DNA of 63,495 nt, filler included. It is 5 parts of 5 records of this genome, joined end to end, with 100 filler letters (N's around TTAATTAATTAA, not from the genome) between each part and the next. Parts side by side here need not be neighbours in the genome. Positions count along the whole stretch, not along the records: positions 1 to 21,195 come from SRR22947725_2408; positions 21,296 to 39,654 come from SRR22947725_2414; 3 more parts are not named here. The stretch is one strand, 5' to 3'. Positions 19,682 through 30,360 of this stretch are shown here, piece by piece (position 1 is the first letter of the stretch; the number at the start of each line of letters is the position of its first letter). Under the pieces are notes generated by a model. That model did not search any database. It saw only the letters and a program-made list of their open reading frames with translations, and was not told the origin of the DNA. Both the position numbers and the translations under genes were made by a program.

Positions 19682-20995
19682 TTAGTTTTTTTCTGATTCA
19701 GGTAAATATTCAAGTACTAAACGTTGGTTAGTATTGAGGTATTTGTTGGCTACCTCTTGGATTTCTTCCCGTGTAATAGAACGATAGATATCGATTTCAT
19801 CATTTATTAAATTGGTGTCTCCATATAGCATGTGATAACGCGCAAGTGAGTTTGCTATACCTTCTACTGAAGCATTGGCGCTGACAAATTCATTCTCAAA
19901 TTTGTTAAGTAGTTTTTGATAGTCACGCTCTGAGATAAGTTCATTTTGAATTTTAGCAACTTCAGCGTCCATTTCTGTTGTAAGATCATCGAGTTTAAAT
20001 TCACCCTGAGGCAATCCAAAAACAACATACATACTATAATCCTCTTGAGAAATATTAAATGCACCAGTTTGTAAGGCCATTTTCTTTTCGTCAACCAGCT
20101 TTTTGTAAAGTTTAGAACTTGGCCCATCACTCAAATAGGTTGAAATCATATCGAGTACTCTAGAGTCTCTTTCTTTAAATGATGGAGTGCGATACGCAGA
20201 AATTACGGCAGGTATTTGAATGTTAGCGTCATATGCTTTTGCAGAAAGTTCTTCAGTAATTGGGTCTTCTAGATGTTTTTCACGCACGATGTCATTGCCT
20301 CTTGGTATACTACCAAAGTAGTCTTCTATCATTTTTTTGGCGTTGGAACTATCAATATCTCCAGCTACTACCAATACCGCGTTGTTGGGTACATAAAACG
20401 TTTTATTAAATGCTAAAAATTCGTCTAGTGTAGCAGCATCTAAGTGATCCATTTCACCGATAGTTGTCCATCGATAAGGGTGTTTGTTAAAGAGGTGCTT
20501 TTTTACATTTTCCAAAAATTTCCCGTAAGGTTGATTATCAACACGGAGGCGTTTTTCTTCTTTAACAACTTCATTTTGTGTGTCAACCCCATCTTGCTCA
20601 ATTATAGGGTGCAGCATACGTTCAGATTCCATCCATAACCCAAGTTCTAAATTATTTGAAGGGAAAACTTCATAGTAATAGGTTCTATCGTCAGTGGTAT
20701 TTGCATTATTTGTTCCTCCATTTTCTGTGACAATAGAGAACCAGCCTCCTTTTTCAATGTTTTTAGAGCCTTCAAAAAGCAAATGCTCAAAGAAATGCGC
20801 AAATCCAGTGCGGTTTGGTTGTTCGTCTTTAGCCCCAACATGATACATTACAGAAGTAGTAACTACGGGTGCTGAATTATCTTGGTGTAGAATAACATGA
20901 AGCCCGTTGTCAAGGTCGTATTCTTCAAAGGAAACAGATTGAGCGCTGATGTAACATGTCACAAGCAGAAACCCTATATATTGGAATAGTTTCAT
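19682..20995 (-). CDS. M16 family zinc peptidase, catalytic subunit
   Basis: Inverted zinc motif HFFEH, NANT, EVVKEE. Confidence 0.92.
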   Translation of the reverse strand: MKLFQYIGFLLVTCYISAQSVSFEEYDLDNGLHVILHQDNSAPVVTTSVMYHVGAKDEQPNRTGFAHFFEHLLFEGSKNIEKGGWFSIVTENGGTNNANTTDDRTYYYEVFPSNNLELGLWMESERMLHPIIEQDGVDTQNEVVKEEKRLRVDNQPYGKFLENVKKHLFNKHPYRWTTIGEMDHLDAATLDEFLAFNKTFYVPNNAVLVVAGDIDSSNAKKMIEDYFGSIPRGNDIVREKHLEDPITEELSAKAYDANIQIPAVISAYRTPSFKERDSRVLDMISTYLSDGPSSKLYKKLVDEKKMALQTGAFNISQEDYSMYVVFGLPQGEFKLDDLTTEMDAEVAKIQNELISERDYQKLLNKFENEFVSANASVEGIANSLARYHMLYGDTNLINDEIDIYRSITREEIQEVANKYLNTNQRLVLEYLPESEKN

Positions 20996-21142
20996 TAGAT
21001 TTTTAATTTTAGATGATAAATTTAAGTATAAATATTTATAACGTTTTTAAACACGAAATGTTACAGCATAATAATTTTGCCTGATACGATACAACATTGT
21101 ATATTTGCCCCCGCTTCACAAAAGAAGCATTAAACTAATATT

Positions 21143-21195
21143 ATGTTTGCAATCGTAGAGATAGCAGGGCAGCAATTTAAAGTTGCAAAAGACCA
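21143..21195 (+). CDS. rplU: 50S ribosomal protein L21, 5' fragment
   Basis: Manual translation MFAIVEIAGQQFKVAKD runs into the gap; TATATTTG box upstream. Confidence 0.9.
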
Positions 21196-21295
21196 NNNNN
21201 NNNNNNNNNNNNNNNNNNNNNNNNNNNNNNNNNNNNNNNTTAATTAATTAANNNNNNNNNNNNNNNNNNNNNNNNNNNNNNNNNNNNNNNNNNNN
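21196..21295. other. Artificial contig spacer
   Basis: 100 nt: N-runs around TTAATTAATTAA; gene content and composition change across it. Confidence 0.98.
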
Positions 21296-21335
21296 GGGAA
21301 ACCCCGTGGAGGTTCAAGTCCTCTCTTCGGCACCA
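21296..21335 (+). tRNA. 3' fragment of a long-variable-arm tRNA (probably tRNA-Leu)
   Basis: Variable arm GGGAAACCC, T-arm GAGG-TTCAAGT-CCTC, ends ACCA; identity inferred from position before tRNA-fMet-rimP. Confidence 0.75.
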
Positions 21336-21391
21336 TCTGATTTTTAAGGTAATGTGGAAACACGAAAAGGGCAGTGTTTCCGTAATATAGG

Positions 21392-21428
21392 TTGACCACT
21401 GTAGTGTGTAAACCTATAATAGCGGCCC
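21392..21428 (+). promoter_or_regulatory. Sigma70 promoter with GC-rich discriminator
   Basis: TTGACC-17 nt-TATAAT-AGCGGCCC just upstream of the tRNA. Confidence 0.85.
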
Positions 21429-21435
21429 TTGTAGT

Positions 21436-21512
21436 TGCGGGGTGGAGCAGTCTGGTAGCTCGACGGGCTCATAACCCGTAGGTCGCGGGTTCAAATCCTG
21501 CCCCCGCTACCA
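21436..21512 (+). tRNA. metY: Initiator tRNA-fMet (CAT)
   Basis: 77 nt; anticodon arm ACGGG-CTCATAA-CCCGT with three G-C pairs; 1:72 mismatch; CCA end; upstream of rimP-nusA-infB. Confidence 0.95.
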
Positions 21513-21520
21513 CTTTAAGG

Positions 21521-21546
21521 AAAGCCCCATTTTGGGGCTTTTTGTT
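21521..21546 (+). terminator. Terminator after tRNA-fMet
   Basis: AAAGCCCC-loop-GGGGCTTTTT. Confidence 0.8.
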
Positions 21547-21612
21547 TCAAGTCTTCTGGGTTTGTGTCAGAGAGTTGGAATGGACATGTAGCCGTCTTTG
21601 GTGCGGCAAACG

Positions 21613-21639
21613 AAGTGGGCAAGTAGGCCCATTTTTTTT
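21613..21639 (+). promoter_or_regulatory. rimP leader terminator-like hairpin
   Basis: AAGTGGGC-AAGTAG-GCCCATTTTTTTT immediately before the rimP RBS; same position as the gammaproteobacterial rimP leader. Confidence 0.65.
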
Positions 21640-21656
21640 AGGGGAAATGGACCATC

Positions 21657-22103
21657 ATGGGTGAGACGGGCTTAAGCAAGTTGATCGAGCCGGTGGTTCA
21701 GGAGTTGGGGTGTGAGCTCTGGGGCATTGAAAAATTGCAACAGGGTCGGCAGGTGGTTTTGAAAATTTATATCGAATCTGCCGACGGGATTAACGTTGAT
21801 GACTGTGCACGTGTCAGCCGCCAGGTGAGCGCGATTTTGGATGTTGAAGATCCAATCCCTGGCGAGTACATGTTGGAGGTGTCATCGCCTGGGGTGGAGC
21901 GGCGTTTATTTAAGCCCGAGCACTTCAATGTGTGTAAAGGGGAAAAGGTTCAAATAACCCTGCGCCAGGCGTTTGATGGCCGGCGTAAGTTTAAAGGGTT
22001 GTTGTGTGGGCTTGAAGACGAAGAGGTTGTGATCCGGGTTGATGATGCGCAAGAGATCGTGCTGCCGATGGACAGCATCGAGCGAGCGCGAGTATTGATG
22101 TAA
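21657..22103 (+). CDS. rimP: Ribosome maturation factor RimP
   Basis: DDC..VSRQVS..LDVEDPI, LEVSSPG. Confidence 0.96.
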   Translation: MGETGLSKLIEPVVQELGCELWGIEKLQQGRQVVLKIYIESADGINVDDCARVSRQVSAILDVEDPIPGEYMLEVSSPGVERRLFKPEHFNVCKGEKVQITLRQAFDGRRKFKGLLCGLEDEEVVIRVDDAQEIVLPMDSIERARVLM

Positions 22104-22143
22104 GTATAATAGCGAGAGTCTCGCATGAAGATGAGATCGATTC

Positions 22144-23628
22144 ATGAGTAAAGAAATCCTGTTAGTGGTTGAGTCCGTTTCGAACGAGAAGGGCGTTTCA
22201 GAAGAAATAATCTTTGATGCGCTGGAAGTTGCATTAGCCACCGCAACCAAGAAGCGCTATTCCGAAGAAGCGGATGTCCGGGTTGCGATTGACCGAGAAA
22301 CGGGTCTCTATGATTCGTTCAGGCGTTGGACTGTGATGGCGGATGATGAGCTGGTTGAGTTTGAAGACGCGCAGTTAACCATTGAGCAAGCAGTTGATTT
22401 GCAGCCTGGGCTCACTGCGGGCGATATCTATGAGATCGCGATCGATTCCGTTGAATTCGGTCGTATTGCCGCCCAAGCAGCCAAGCAAGTAATCGTTCAA
22501 AAGGTTCGTGAGGCCGAACGGGCCCAAGTGGTTGAAGCCTATCGCCATCGGATTGGGGAGCTACTCAACGGACAAGTCAAGAAAGTGACGCGAGAAGCGG
22601 TCATTATAGATCTTGGTAATAATGCAGAGGCGATATTGCCTCGCGAAGAGTGGGTGCCGAGAGAAACTTTCCGAATAGGAGACCGACTCCGAGCGCTGTT
22701 AAAGGAGGTTCGTCCAGAAGCGCGTGGGCCGCAATTAGCAATGACCAGAACCTCCGCCGAAGTGTTAACAGAGCTGTTCAAAATAGAAGTACCAGAAGTC
22801 GCCGATGGCATCATTGAGATTCTTGGCGCGGCGCGAGATCCTGGTTCTCGGGCAAAAATTGCGGTTAAAACCAACGACGGTCGAATTGATCCTGTGGGCG
22901 CCTGTGTGGGGATGCGCGGCTCTAGAGTTCAAGCCGTATCGGGTGAACTCGGCAATGAACGAATTGATATCGTGCTTTGGGATGACAACATTGCGCAGCT
23001 GGCCATCAATGCGATGGCGCCGGCTGAGGTGGTTTCGATCGTGGTCGATGAAGAGACCCACAGTATGGATATTGCGGTATCTGAAGATAACCTAGCCCAA
23101 GCGATTGGACGGGGTGGTCAAAATGTTAAATTAGCCAGTGAATTGACCGGATGGTCGCTCAATATAATGACCGAAGCTGAGGCTGCTGAGAAACAAGAGC
23201 AAGAAGCTGGCTCGGTTGTTACCAATTTCATGGAGCAGCTGGATGTTGATGAAGATGTCGCGATCGTTCTACTCGAAGAGGGTTTTACCTCTTTAGAAGA
23301 AATAGCCTATGTCCCCATTGATGAAATGGTGGCGATTGAAGGATTTGATATCGACATTGTCGAGGAGTTACGGACGCGGGCTAGGAATACCATCACCAAT
23401 CGTGAGTTGGCTGATGAAGCAAACCGGATTACCCAAGAGCCTGCAGAAGACCTTTTAACAATGGATGGGATGACAACGAAGTTAGCCTATGATCTGGCGG
23501 CGATGGGTATTATCACGATGGAAGACCTCGCAGAACAAGCGGTCGATGACATTATAGAAATAGAGTCTATGACCGAAGCGATGGCTGGTGAAATTATTAT
23601 GACGGCTCGTGCGCCGTGGTTCGAGTAA
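22144..23628 (+). CDS. nusA: Transcription elongation factor NusA
   Basis: [12 protein letters not shown]1/KH domains, [12 protein letters not shown], acidic repeats. Confidence 0.98.
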   Translation: MSKEILLVVESVSNEKGVSEEIIFDALEVALATATKKRYSEEADVRVAIDRETGLYDSFRRWTVMADDELVEFEDAQLTIEQAVDLQPGLTAGDIYEIAIDSVEFGRIAAQAAKQVIVQKVREAERAQVVEAYRHRIGELLNGQVKKVTREAVIIDLGNNAEAILPREEWVPRETFRIGDRLRALLKEVRPEARGPQLAMTRTSAEVLTELFKIEVPEVADGIIEILGAARDPGSRAKIAVKTNDGRIDPVGACVGMRGSRVQAVSGELGNERIDIVLWDDNIAQLAINAMAPAEVVSIVVDEETHSMDIAVSEDNLAQAIGRGGQNVKLASELTGWSLNIMTEAEAAEKQEQEAGSVVTNFMEQLDVDEDVAIVLLEEGFTSLEEIAYVPIDEMVAIEGFDIDIVEELRTRARNTITNRELADEANRITQEPAEDLLTMDGMTTKLAYDLAAMGIITMEDLAEQAVDDIIEIESMTEAMAGEIIMTARAPWFE

Positions 23629-23662
23629 CGAACGCTTAGCACTAGCAACAAGGGGAATAAAG

Positions 23663-26341
23663 ATGGCTGAGACAACGGTAAAACAGCTGGCAGAAGCAGT
23701 AGGAACGCCCGTTGACCGTTTGCTACAGCAAATGAAAGACGCGGGCTTGCCTCAAGCCGCTGAAACAGATGTTGTGGCAGAGGCGCAGAAAGAGTCGTTG
23801 CTTGCATACCTCAAGCGAAGTCATGGTGAAGAGACAGATGGTCCTAAAAAAATCACGCTTAAACGCCGTACCTTAAGCACGATCAAGGCGGGCGGTAGCG
23901 CAGGGCGTGGTCGGACCGTAAACGTTGAAGTTCGTAAGAAGCGAACCTACGTGCGTCGGGAGGATGCTGATGTCACCGCGGAGGTGATCCCTGAGGCGGT
24001 CCCCGAGGTCGCAGCAGAGGTTGCGCCGGCGATTGTTGAAGAAGTCGTGGCTGAAACCGTTGAAACCGTTGAAACCGTTGAGGCAATCGAGACGGTTGAA
24101 GTTCAAAGTGAACCTGAAGTTAATACAGCGCCGAAGGCTATGGATCCTGAAGCGATTCGTCGAGCGGCTTTTATCGCCTCTGAAAAAGAAGCTGAAGCGC
24201 GCAAAAATGTTTTAAAAGAACGTGAAGAAAAAGCAGCGGCAGAGGCCGCAGAAAAAGCCAAACAAGCCGAAGTCCTTAAAGCAAAATCGACTAAGCCGGA
24301 TGCGACAAAAGAATCTGATGATAAGGCGGGTTCTCGTAAAGACAAGCGCGATCGGAAAGAGATTGATATTGATGAGATTCAGCAGAAGAAAGCCAAGCAT
24401 GGTAATCGTAAAAAGCGTGTAGAAGAGCTTCTCGTCGAAGAAGTCGATGACATCCTGATCGCCCCTGGCGCCGAACTTGAAGATGACTTGACGCCGACTA
24501 CGCTTGGCTTAACAGGTGTTGGGCGATCTAAGCGTGCCGCGGCACCGAAGGCTGGGCCACGACACAAATTTAACGCACCGACCCAAGATCAAGTCAGAGA
24601 AGTCGAAGTGGGTGAGTCCATTAGAATCTCGCAGCTGTCGCAGCGGATGTCGATTAAAGCAAAAGACGTGATCAAGTATTTGATGGGGCTGGGGGTCATG
24701 GCGGATATAAATGCCACGATTGATCAAGAAACGGCTATTTTGGTGGTTGAAGAGTTCGGCCACAAAGTAAAATTGTTGGATGCAAATGAGGTTGAAACGT
24801 CTTTGTTAGAAGCCCTGGTTTATGATTCTGAAGCCGAAGCACGATCGCCCGTTGTCACCGTAATGGGGCATGTTGATCATGGAAAAACGTCACTCTTAGA
24901 TTATATTCGAAGTGCTGAAGTTGCGGGCGGCGAAGCCGGCGGCATTACGCAACATATCGGTGCTTATCGCGTTAAGACCAAGCTCGGTGAGATTTGCTTT
25001 ATTGATACACCTGGACACGCTGCGTTTTCCGCAATGCGTGCTCGGGGCGCAAGTGCAACCGATATCATAATCTTGGTTGTTGCAGCCGATGACGGCGTGA
25101 TGCCGCAAACCGAAGAAGCCATTAACCATGCCAAGAGTGCAGGTGTGCCTTTGGTGGTTGCGATCAATAAAATGGATAAAGAAGGGGCCGACATCGATCG
25201 TGTAAAAAACGAGTTGGCTGCTAAAAATGTGATCCCTGAAGACTGGGGAGGCGACACACAGTTCTTGCCAGTTTCAGCGTTAACGGGCGATGGGGTCGAT
25301 GCGCTGCTCGAGGCCGTGCTTCTGCAAGCGGAATTGCTTGAATTGACGGCCGTGCAAGAAGGTCCAGCGCAGGGTGTTGTGATTGAATCTCGGCTTGATA
25401 AAGGAAAAGGCTCTGTTGCCACGTTATTGATTCAAAACGGTACTTTGTCCCGCGGCGATATTGTGGTTGCGGGTGAGAACTTTGGACGCGTTCGCGCCAT
25501 CACCGATGAGAATGGACAAACGCTGGCATCTGCTGGTCCTGCAACCCCGGTCTCTATTCAGGGTTTGAATGGTACACCTGGGGCGGGTGATCCGTTTACT
25601 GTGACGAAAGACGAAAAAGCTGCACGAGAAGTGGCAGAGTTTCGGCGTGAAAAGCTGAAGACTGAACGGCTTGCAACGCCCGTGGTTTCTCTGGACAACT
25701 TGTTGGAGAATTTCGGGGCTCAAGCGGTGCAATCACTCAATATTGTTGTGAAAGCCGATGTTCGTGGGTCGCTTGAAGCCATTGTTTCGGCACTCCATGA
25801 CCTTGGAAACGATGAAGTTAAGGTCAATGTCATCTCCTCCGGCGTGGGCGGTATCTCTGAGAATGACGTGAACTATGCATTAACCGCGCAAGCGGTTATT
25901 TTCGGCTTTAATGTTCGGGCAGAGTCTTCAGCAAAACGCTTGGTTGATGCAGAAAGCTTGGATCTACGATATTACAAAGTCATTTACGATCTTGTGGATG
26001 ATGTTAGAGATGCTCTGAGCGGCATGCTGGCGCCAGAGATTCGAGAAGATATTGTGGGGATTGCTGAGGTCAGAGATGTCTTTGACAGCAAGAAGTTTGG
26101 TTCAATTGCTGGTTGTATGGTGATTGAAGGCACGGTTCATCGGCGGAAGAAGATTCGCGTGTTGCGTGATCATGTTGTGATCTATGAAGGTGAGCTAGAA
26201 AGCCTCAGGCACTTTAAGGATGAAGTCGAGTCCATTCGCAGTGGTACCGAGTGCGGTATTGGCGTGAAAAACTATAACGATGTTCGCGTTAAAGATCAGA
26301 TCGAAGTGTTTGATACCCGTGAGGTCGCGCGGCAGTTGTAA
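23663..26341 (+). CDS. infB: Translation initiation factor IF-2
   Basis: Start MAETTVKQLA after an RBS; GHVDHGKT, DTPGH and NKMD GTPase motifs. Confidence 0.97.
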   Translation: MAETTVKQLAEAVGTPVDRLLQQMKDAGLPQAAETDVVAEAQKESLLAYLKRSHGEETDGPKKITLKRRTLSTIKAGGSAGRGRTVNVEVRKKRTYVRREDADVTAEVIPEAVPEVAAEVAPAIVEEVVAETVETVETVEAIETVEVQSEPEVNTAPKAMDPEAIRRAAFIASEKEAEARKNVLKEREEKAAAEAAEKAKQAEVLKAKSTKPDATKESDDKAGSRKDKRDRKEIDIDEIQQKKAKHGNRKKRVEELLVEEVDDILIAPGAELEDDLTPTTLGLTGVGRSKRAAAPKAGPRHKFNAPTQDQVREVEVGESIRISQLSQRMSIKAKDVIKYLMGLGVMADINATIDQETAILVVEEFGHKVKLLDANEVETSLLEALVYDSEAEARSPVVTVMGHVDHGKTSLLDYIRSAEVAGGEAGGITQHIGAYRVKTKLGEICFIDTPGHAAFSAMRARGASATDIIILVVAADDGVMPQTEEAINHAKSAGVPLVVAINKMDKEGADIDRVKNELAAKNVIPEDWGGDTQFLPVSALTGDGVDALLEAVLLQAELLELTAVQEGPAQGVVIESRLDKGKGSVATLLIQNGTLSRGDIVVAGENFGRVRAITDENGQTLASAGPATPVSIQGLNGTPGAGDPFTVTKDEKAAREVAEFRREKLKTERLATPVVSLDNLLENFGAQAVQSLNIVVKADVRGSLEAIVSALHDLGNDEVKVNVISSGVGGISENDVNYALTAQAVIFGFNVRAESSAKRLVDAESLDLRYYKVIYDLVDDVRDALSGMLAPEIREDIVGIAEVRDVFDSKKFGSIAGCMVIEGTVHRRKKIRVLRDHVVIYEGELESLRHFKDEVESIRSGTECGIGVKNYNDVRVKDQIEVFDTREVARQL

Positions 26342-26360
26342 TACTGCCGATAAAACTGAA

Positions 26361-26741
26361 ATGGACGCACATTTTAAGCGAACCGATCGAGTTGCTGAGC
26401 AAATCCAAAAGATTTTGGCGGTTTTGATTCATAAAGAGCTGAAAGATCCTCGGCTTGGCATGGTGACGATCAACGATGTTCGAGTCTCCAAAGACCTTGC
26501 CTATGCAGAGGTTTTTTTTACGGTCTTTCCCGACGATCATGCTGAAGAAGCCGGACAATTGCTTGGCAATGCCAGTAGTTTTTTGAGGAAGCTCTTAGCA
26601 AGGCAGTTGAGCACTCGCATTACACCAAAACTGCGCTTTAGTTATGATGCGAGTTTGGTTCAGGGTGAAAAAATAACCCGAGCATTAATGGCTGACCGCA
26701 AGGCTCGACCGCGCCAAGAGGAAGAAGATTTTGGGCCGTAG
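26361..26741 (+). CDS. rbfA: Ribosome-binding factor A
   Basis: RTDRVAEQI, KDPR, VSKDL..A, P.LRF.YD; start reassigned to ATG 26361. Confidence 0.93.
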   Translation: MDAHFKRTDRVAEQIQKILAVLIHKELKDPRLGMVTINDVRVSKDLAYAEVFFTVFPDDHAEEAGQLLGNASSFLRKLLARQLSTRITPKLRFSYDASLVQGEKITRALMADRKARPRQEEEDFGP

Positions 26742-27657
26742 TCGACGCAAGGGCCGAGTCATAGACGGCATATTGTTGCTGGACAAACCAGCTGGAATAA
26801 CGTCAAATGGCGCTCTCCAAAGGGTAAAGTACCTCTATGGCGCAGCAAAAGCGGGCCACACCGGTAGTCTAGACCCCATCGCAACGGGCGTCCTCCCAAT
26901 TTGTTTTGGGGAAGCAACCAAGTTCTCTCAGTTTCTTTTGGACGCCGACAAGGGTTACATCGCGACGATCCAGTTAGGGGTTCGCACCACAACTGGCGAT
27001 AGCGAGGGTGACATTGTTCATGAACGGAGCGTACCCGAACTAACGGATGAAGCGATCGAATCTTATCTAAACTCGTTTAGAGGTGAGATAGACCAGATCC
27101 CTTCCATGTATTCGGCGATAAAATTGAATGGGCAGCCGCTTTACAAGCTAGCCCGGCAAGGAATAGAAGTAGAGCGTAAGTCAAGACGCGTGACCATCAT
27201 GGCGCTGACGCTGATTGAACGGACACAAGATCAGTGGGTTTTGGATATTTCCTGTACCAAAGGAACCTACGTTCGCTCACTTGCTGAAGATATTGGTGAG
27301 TTGATTGGGTGTGGCGCGCATGTTGTTGGGCTAAGACGCAGGCAGGCCGGACCCTTTGCCATTGAAGAAACCTGCACGCTGGAAGGTCTTGAAGATCTAA
27401 AGGCAGAAAACGGTGAGCGCGGGTTGGATGAGACCTTGCTACCCGTGTCAGCGGCGGTTGCGGATTATCCGGTGGTTGAAATGACCGCATTAACCGCTAG
27501 CTATTTTGTGCAGGGACAACCGGTTCAAATTGCAGGCGTTAAAGATGAAGGATTAGTCTCAGTCTATTCTGAGGCGACGGATGACAAGATTTTTGTCGGT
27601 GTCGGGGAGATCCTCGATGATGGCAAGATTGCGCCGCGGCGATTAATCGCGACGTAA
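26731..27657 (+). CDS. truB: tRNA pseudouridine-55 synthase
   Basis: KAGHTGSLDP.ATG, C.KGTYVRSL; TTG start. Confidence 0.96.
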   Translation: MGRSRRKGRVIDGILLLDKPAGITSNGALQRVKYLYGAAKAGHTGSLDPIATGVLPICFGEATKFSQFLLDADKGYIATIQLGVRTTTGDSEGDIVHERSVPELTDEAIESYLNSFRGEIDQIPSMYSAIKLNGQPLYKLARQGIEVERKSRRVTIMALTLIERTQDQWVLDISCTKGTYVRSLAEDIGELIGCGAHVVGLRRRQAGPFAIEETCTLEGLEDLKAENGERGLDETLLPVSAAVADYPVVEMTALTASYFVQGQPVQIAGVKDEGLVSVYSEATDDKIFVGVGEILDDGKIAPRRLIAT

Positions 27658-27662
27658 CAACG

Positions 27663-27733
27663 ATAGGGTATCTGCAAATATGCGTGGATACACCTGTTCA
27701 ACGAAAGGAGTTGCGATAACGCAACTGCATATT
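27663..27733 (+). promoter_or_regulatory. Putative S15 autoregulatory leader pseudoknot
   Basis: Stem 27663-27675/27684-27697; loop AATATGC pairs with GCATATT at 27727-27733; inner hairpin AGTTGCG/CGCAACT. Confidence 0.7.
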
Positions 27734-27750
27734 AAGAAAAAGGAGGCCAC

Positions 27751-28020
27751 GTGGCTTTATCAAATGAAGAAAAATCAGGAATCGTAAAAGATTACGGTAC
27801 ATCAGAGTCGGATACCGGTTCACCCGAAGTGCAAGTTGCGCTATTGACGGCGAATATCGAGAAGCTACAAGGTCATTTTCAGGCTCACAAGCATGATCAT
27901 CACTCTCGAATTGGTCTGCTCAGAATGGTGAGTCAAAGAAGGAAGCTCTTAAATTATCTGAAGAGTAAAGATACCGGTCGGTATGCACAGTTGATTAAGA
28001 GATTAGGTCTGCGCCGATAA
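27751..28020 (+). CDS. rpsO: 30S ribosomal protein S15
   Basis: [30 protein letters not shown] start with AGGAGG RBS. Confidence 0.98.
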   Translation: MALSNEEKSGIVKDYGTSESDTGSPEVQVALLTANIEKLQGHFQAHKHDHHSRIGLLRMVSQRRKLLNYLKSKDTGRYAQLIKRLGLRR

Positions 28021-28047
28021 ATCAAGCCGTTATGAATGGAGAATAAT

Positions 28048-30309
28048 GTGAATCCAGTTAGAAAAAAGTTTACCTATGGTGACCAAGAAGTCATCATCGA
28101 AACCGGTCGAATTGCGCGACAGGCGTCCGCATCGGTCTTAGTATCGGTCGGAGAAACCTCGGTCTTGGTTGCTGTGGTCGGTCGTAAAGAAGCCAATCCA
28201 CATCAGAGTTTCTTTCCCTTAACCGTCAACTACGAAGAAAAAACCTATGCGGCCGGTAAGATCCCCGGCGGGTTTTTCAAGCGTGAAGGGCGCCCTTCTG
28301 AAAAAGAAACCCTAACGTCACGGTTAATTGATCGTCCAATTCGCCCTTTGTTTCCAAAAGGCTTTATGAACGAAGTCCAGGTGACCTGTCAGGTTGTTTC
28401 GGTTGAAAAAGATATGGATGCGGATATTCCGGCGATGATCGGTGTCTCGGCAGCGCTTAGCCTGTCTGGGATTCCCTTTGCAGGACCAATCGGTGCGGCT
28501 CGGGTGGGTTTTACGGAAACCGGATATCTTTTAAATCCAGGGTATGAAGCACTGAAAGACTCACATTTGGATATGGTTGTTGCCGGTACGGAATCGGCTG
28601 TCCTGATGGTTGAGTCGGAAGCGAAAGAGCTAACTGAAGACCAGATGTTAGGTGCGGTACTCTTTGCTCATCAGGAAATGCAAGTTGTCGTCAAGGCGGT
28701 CCAAGAGCTCTGCGCTGAGGTTGGCGTTGATGCTTGGAATTGGACGCTCGCCGAAAACGATGCGACTTTGGTTGCTGAAATGACCGAGTTTTCCGCTGAA
28801 AAAATCGCTGAAGCTTACCGGGTTACTGAAAAGATGAGCCGGCAAGATCAATTGCAAGTCCTGCGAGATGCGGCGATGGCGCAATTTGTTCAAGAAGGTG
28901 GGCCTTCAGCAGACGTGGTGGGTGGTATTTTTGGCAGCATCGAGAAGAAGACCGTTCGGCGCGCGATCATTGCCGGCGAGCCTCGAATTGATGGACGCGA
29001 TACTAAGACGGTTCGAGGCATTGCAGTTGAAGTTGGGGTGCTTGCGAAGACGCACGGTTCGGCGTTATTCACGCGGGGCGAAACCCAAGCACTTGTTACG
29101 ACAACCCTCGGTTCAACCAGAGATTCAGCGATCATCGATGCGCTGCAAGGCTCCTACCGTGATCATTTCATGTTGCATTACAATTTCCCACACTACAGCG
29201 TCGGCGAAACTGGATTCTCGGGTGGCCCGAAGCGTCGTGAGATCGGTCATGGCAGGTTAGCTCGACGGGGCATTGCCGCGGTGTTGCCCAGTTTTGAGGA
29301 CTGGCCTTATACCACTCGGGTTGTGTCTGAAATCACTGAGTCGAACGGTTCTTCCTCTATGGCCTCAGTCTGTGGCGCAAGTCTTGCGTTAATGGATGCG
29401 GGCGTGCCCTTAAAAGCACCCGTTGCCGGTGTGGCGATGGGGCTGGTTAAAGAAGATGATGGCTTTGCGGTCCTGACGGATATCCTTGGGGATGAAGATC
29501 ACTTGGGTGACATGGACTTTAAAGTTGCCGGCACGCAAACGGGCGTCACGGCGCTTCAGATGGACATCAAGATCCAAGGCATTACTGAACAGATCATGGA
29601 AACGGCGCTTGAACAGGCGCGGGATGCTCGACTCCATATATTGGATGAGATGAACAAGGTCATTGGCCGGTCGCGAGAAACGGTTTCAGATAATGCGCCG
29701 GCGATGGTCACGATGAAAGTCGAATCTGACAAGATTCGGGATGTCATTGGCAAGGGTGGTGCAACCATCCGATCGATTACCGAAGAAACGGGTGCATCGA
29801 TTGATATTGATGACGACGGCACGATCACAATTTTTGGTGAGGGCGTTGAGTCTAGAGATGCAGCGGTTCGATTGATCGAAGGTATTGTCGCCGAGGCTGA
29901 AGTCGGTCAAATTTATAACGGTAAAGTTGTAAAAATTGCAGACTTCGGCGCCTTTGTGAACATTTTGCCTGGAAAGGATGGCTTGGTTCACATTTCTCAG
30001 ATCGCCAGCGAGCGCGTTGAGAAAGTGACGGATTACCTTTCTGAAGGTCAGATCGTAAAGGTTATTGTCCTGGATGTTGAGCGTGGACGAATTAAGCTCT
30101 CGATGAAGGAAGTGCCGTCAGATGAGGCAGAAGCACCCGCATCCGAGGCAGAATCGGCGAGTGAGCCAGAAGCAGCGCCTGTAGCGGTTGATGCGGTTGA
30201 AGTTGAAGCGGCGACTGTCGAGTCAGCGCCGGTGGAATCTGTTGAAGATGCCAACGTTGATCAGGCTGATGATGCTGCAGACACGCAAAGTAAGCCAACT
30301 CAAGACTAA
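28048..30309 (+). CDS. pnp: Polyribonucleotide nucleotidyltransferase (PNPase)
   Basis: Two RNase PH domains, [28 protein letters not shown] and S1; GTG start after GGAG (ATG 28036 also possible). Confidence 0.97.
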   Translation: MNPVRKKFTYGDQEVIIETGRIARQASASVLVSVGETSVLVAVVGRKEANPHQSFFPLTVNYEEKTYAAGKIPGGFFKREGRPSEKETLTSRLIDRPIRPLFPKGFMNEVQVTCQVVSVEKDMDADIPAMIGVSAALSLSGIPFAGPIGAARVGFTETGYLLNPGYEALKDSHLDMVVAGTESAVLMVESEAKELTEDQMLGAVLFAHQEMQVVVKAVQELCAEVGVDAWNWTLAENDATLVAEMTEFSAEKIAEAYRVTEKMSRQDQLQVLRDAAMAQFVQEGGPSADVVGGIFGSIEKKTVRRAIIAGEPRIDGRDTKTVRGIAVEVGVLAKTHGSALFTRGETQALVTTTLGSTRDSAIIDALQGSYRDHFMLHYNFPHYSVGETGFSGGPKRREIGHGRLARRGIAAVLPSFEDWPYTTRVVSEITESNGSSSMASVCGASLALMDAGVPLKAPVAGVAMGLVKEDDGFAVLTDILGDEDHLGDMDFKVAGTQTGVTALQMDIKIQGITEQIMETALEQARDARLHILDEMNKVIGRSRETVSDNAPAMVTMKVESDKIRDVIGKGGATIRSITEETGASIDIDDDGTITIFGEGVESRDAAVRLIEGIVAEAEVGQIYNGKVVKIADFGAFVNILPGKDGLVHISQIASERVEKVTDYLSEGQIVKVIVLDVERGRIKLSMKEVPSDEAEAPASEAESASEPEAAPVAVDAVEVEAATVESAPVESVEDANVDQADDAADTQSKPTQD

Positions 30310-30324
30310 TGGTTTGAGAGGCTG

Positions 30325-30360
30325 AAAAACCCGAGTCGTGAAAGCGCCTCGGGTTTTTTT
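30325..30360. terminator. Bidirectional terminator between pnp and acs
   Basis: AAAAACCCGAG...CTCGGGTTTTTTT. Confidence 0.8.

Noticed and set aside
21436-21512. U1-U72 mismatch in the initiator tRNA instead of C1-A72
   Set aside because: Any 1:72 mismatch satisfies the formylation determinant; a minor variant
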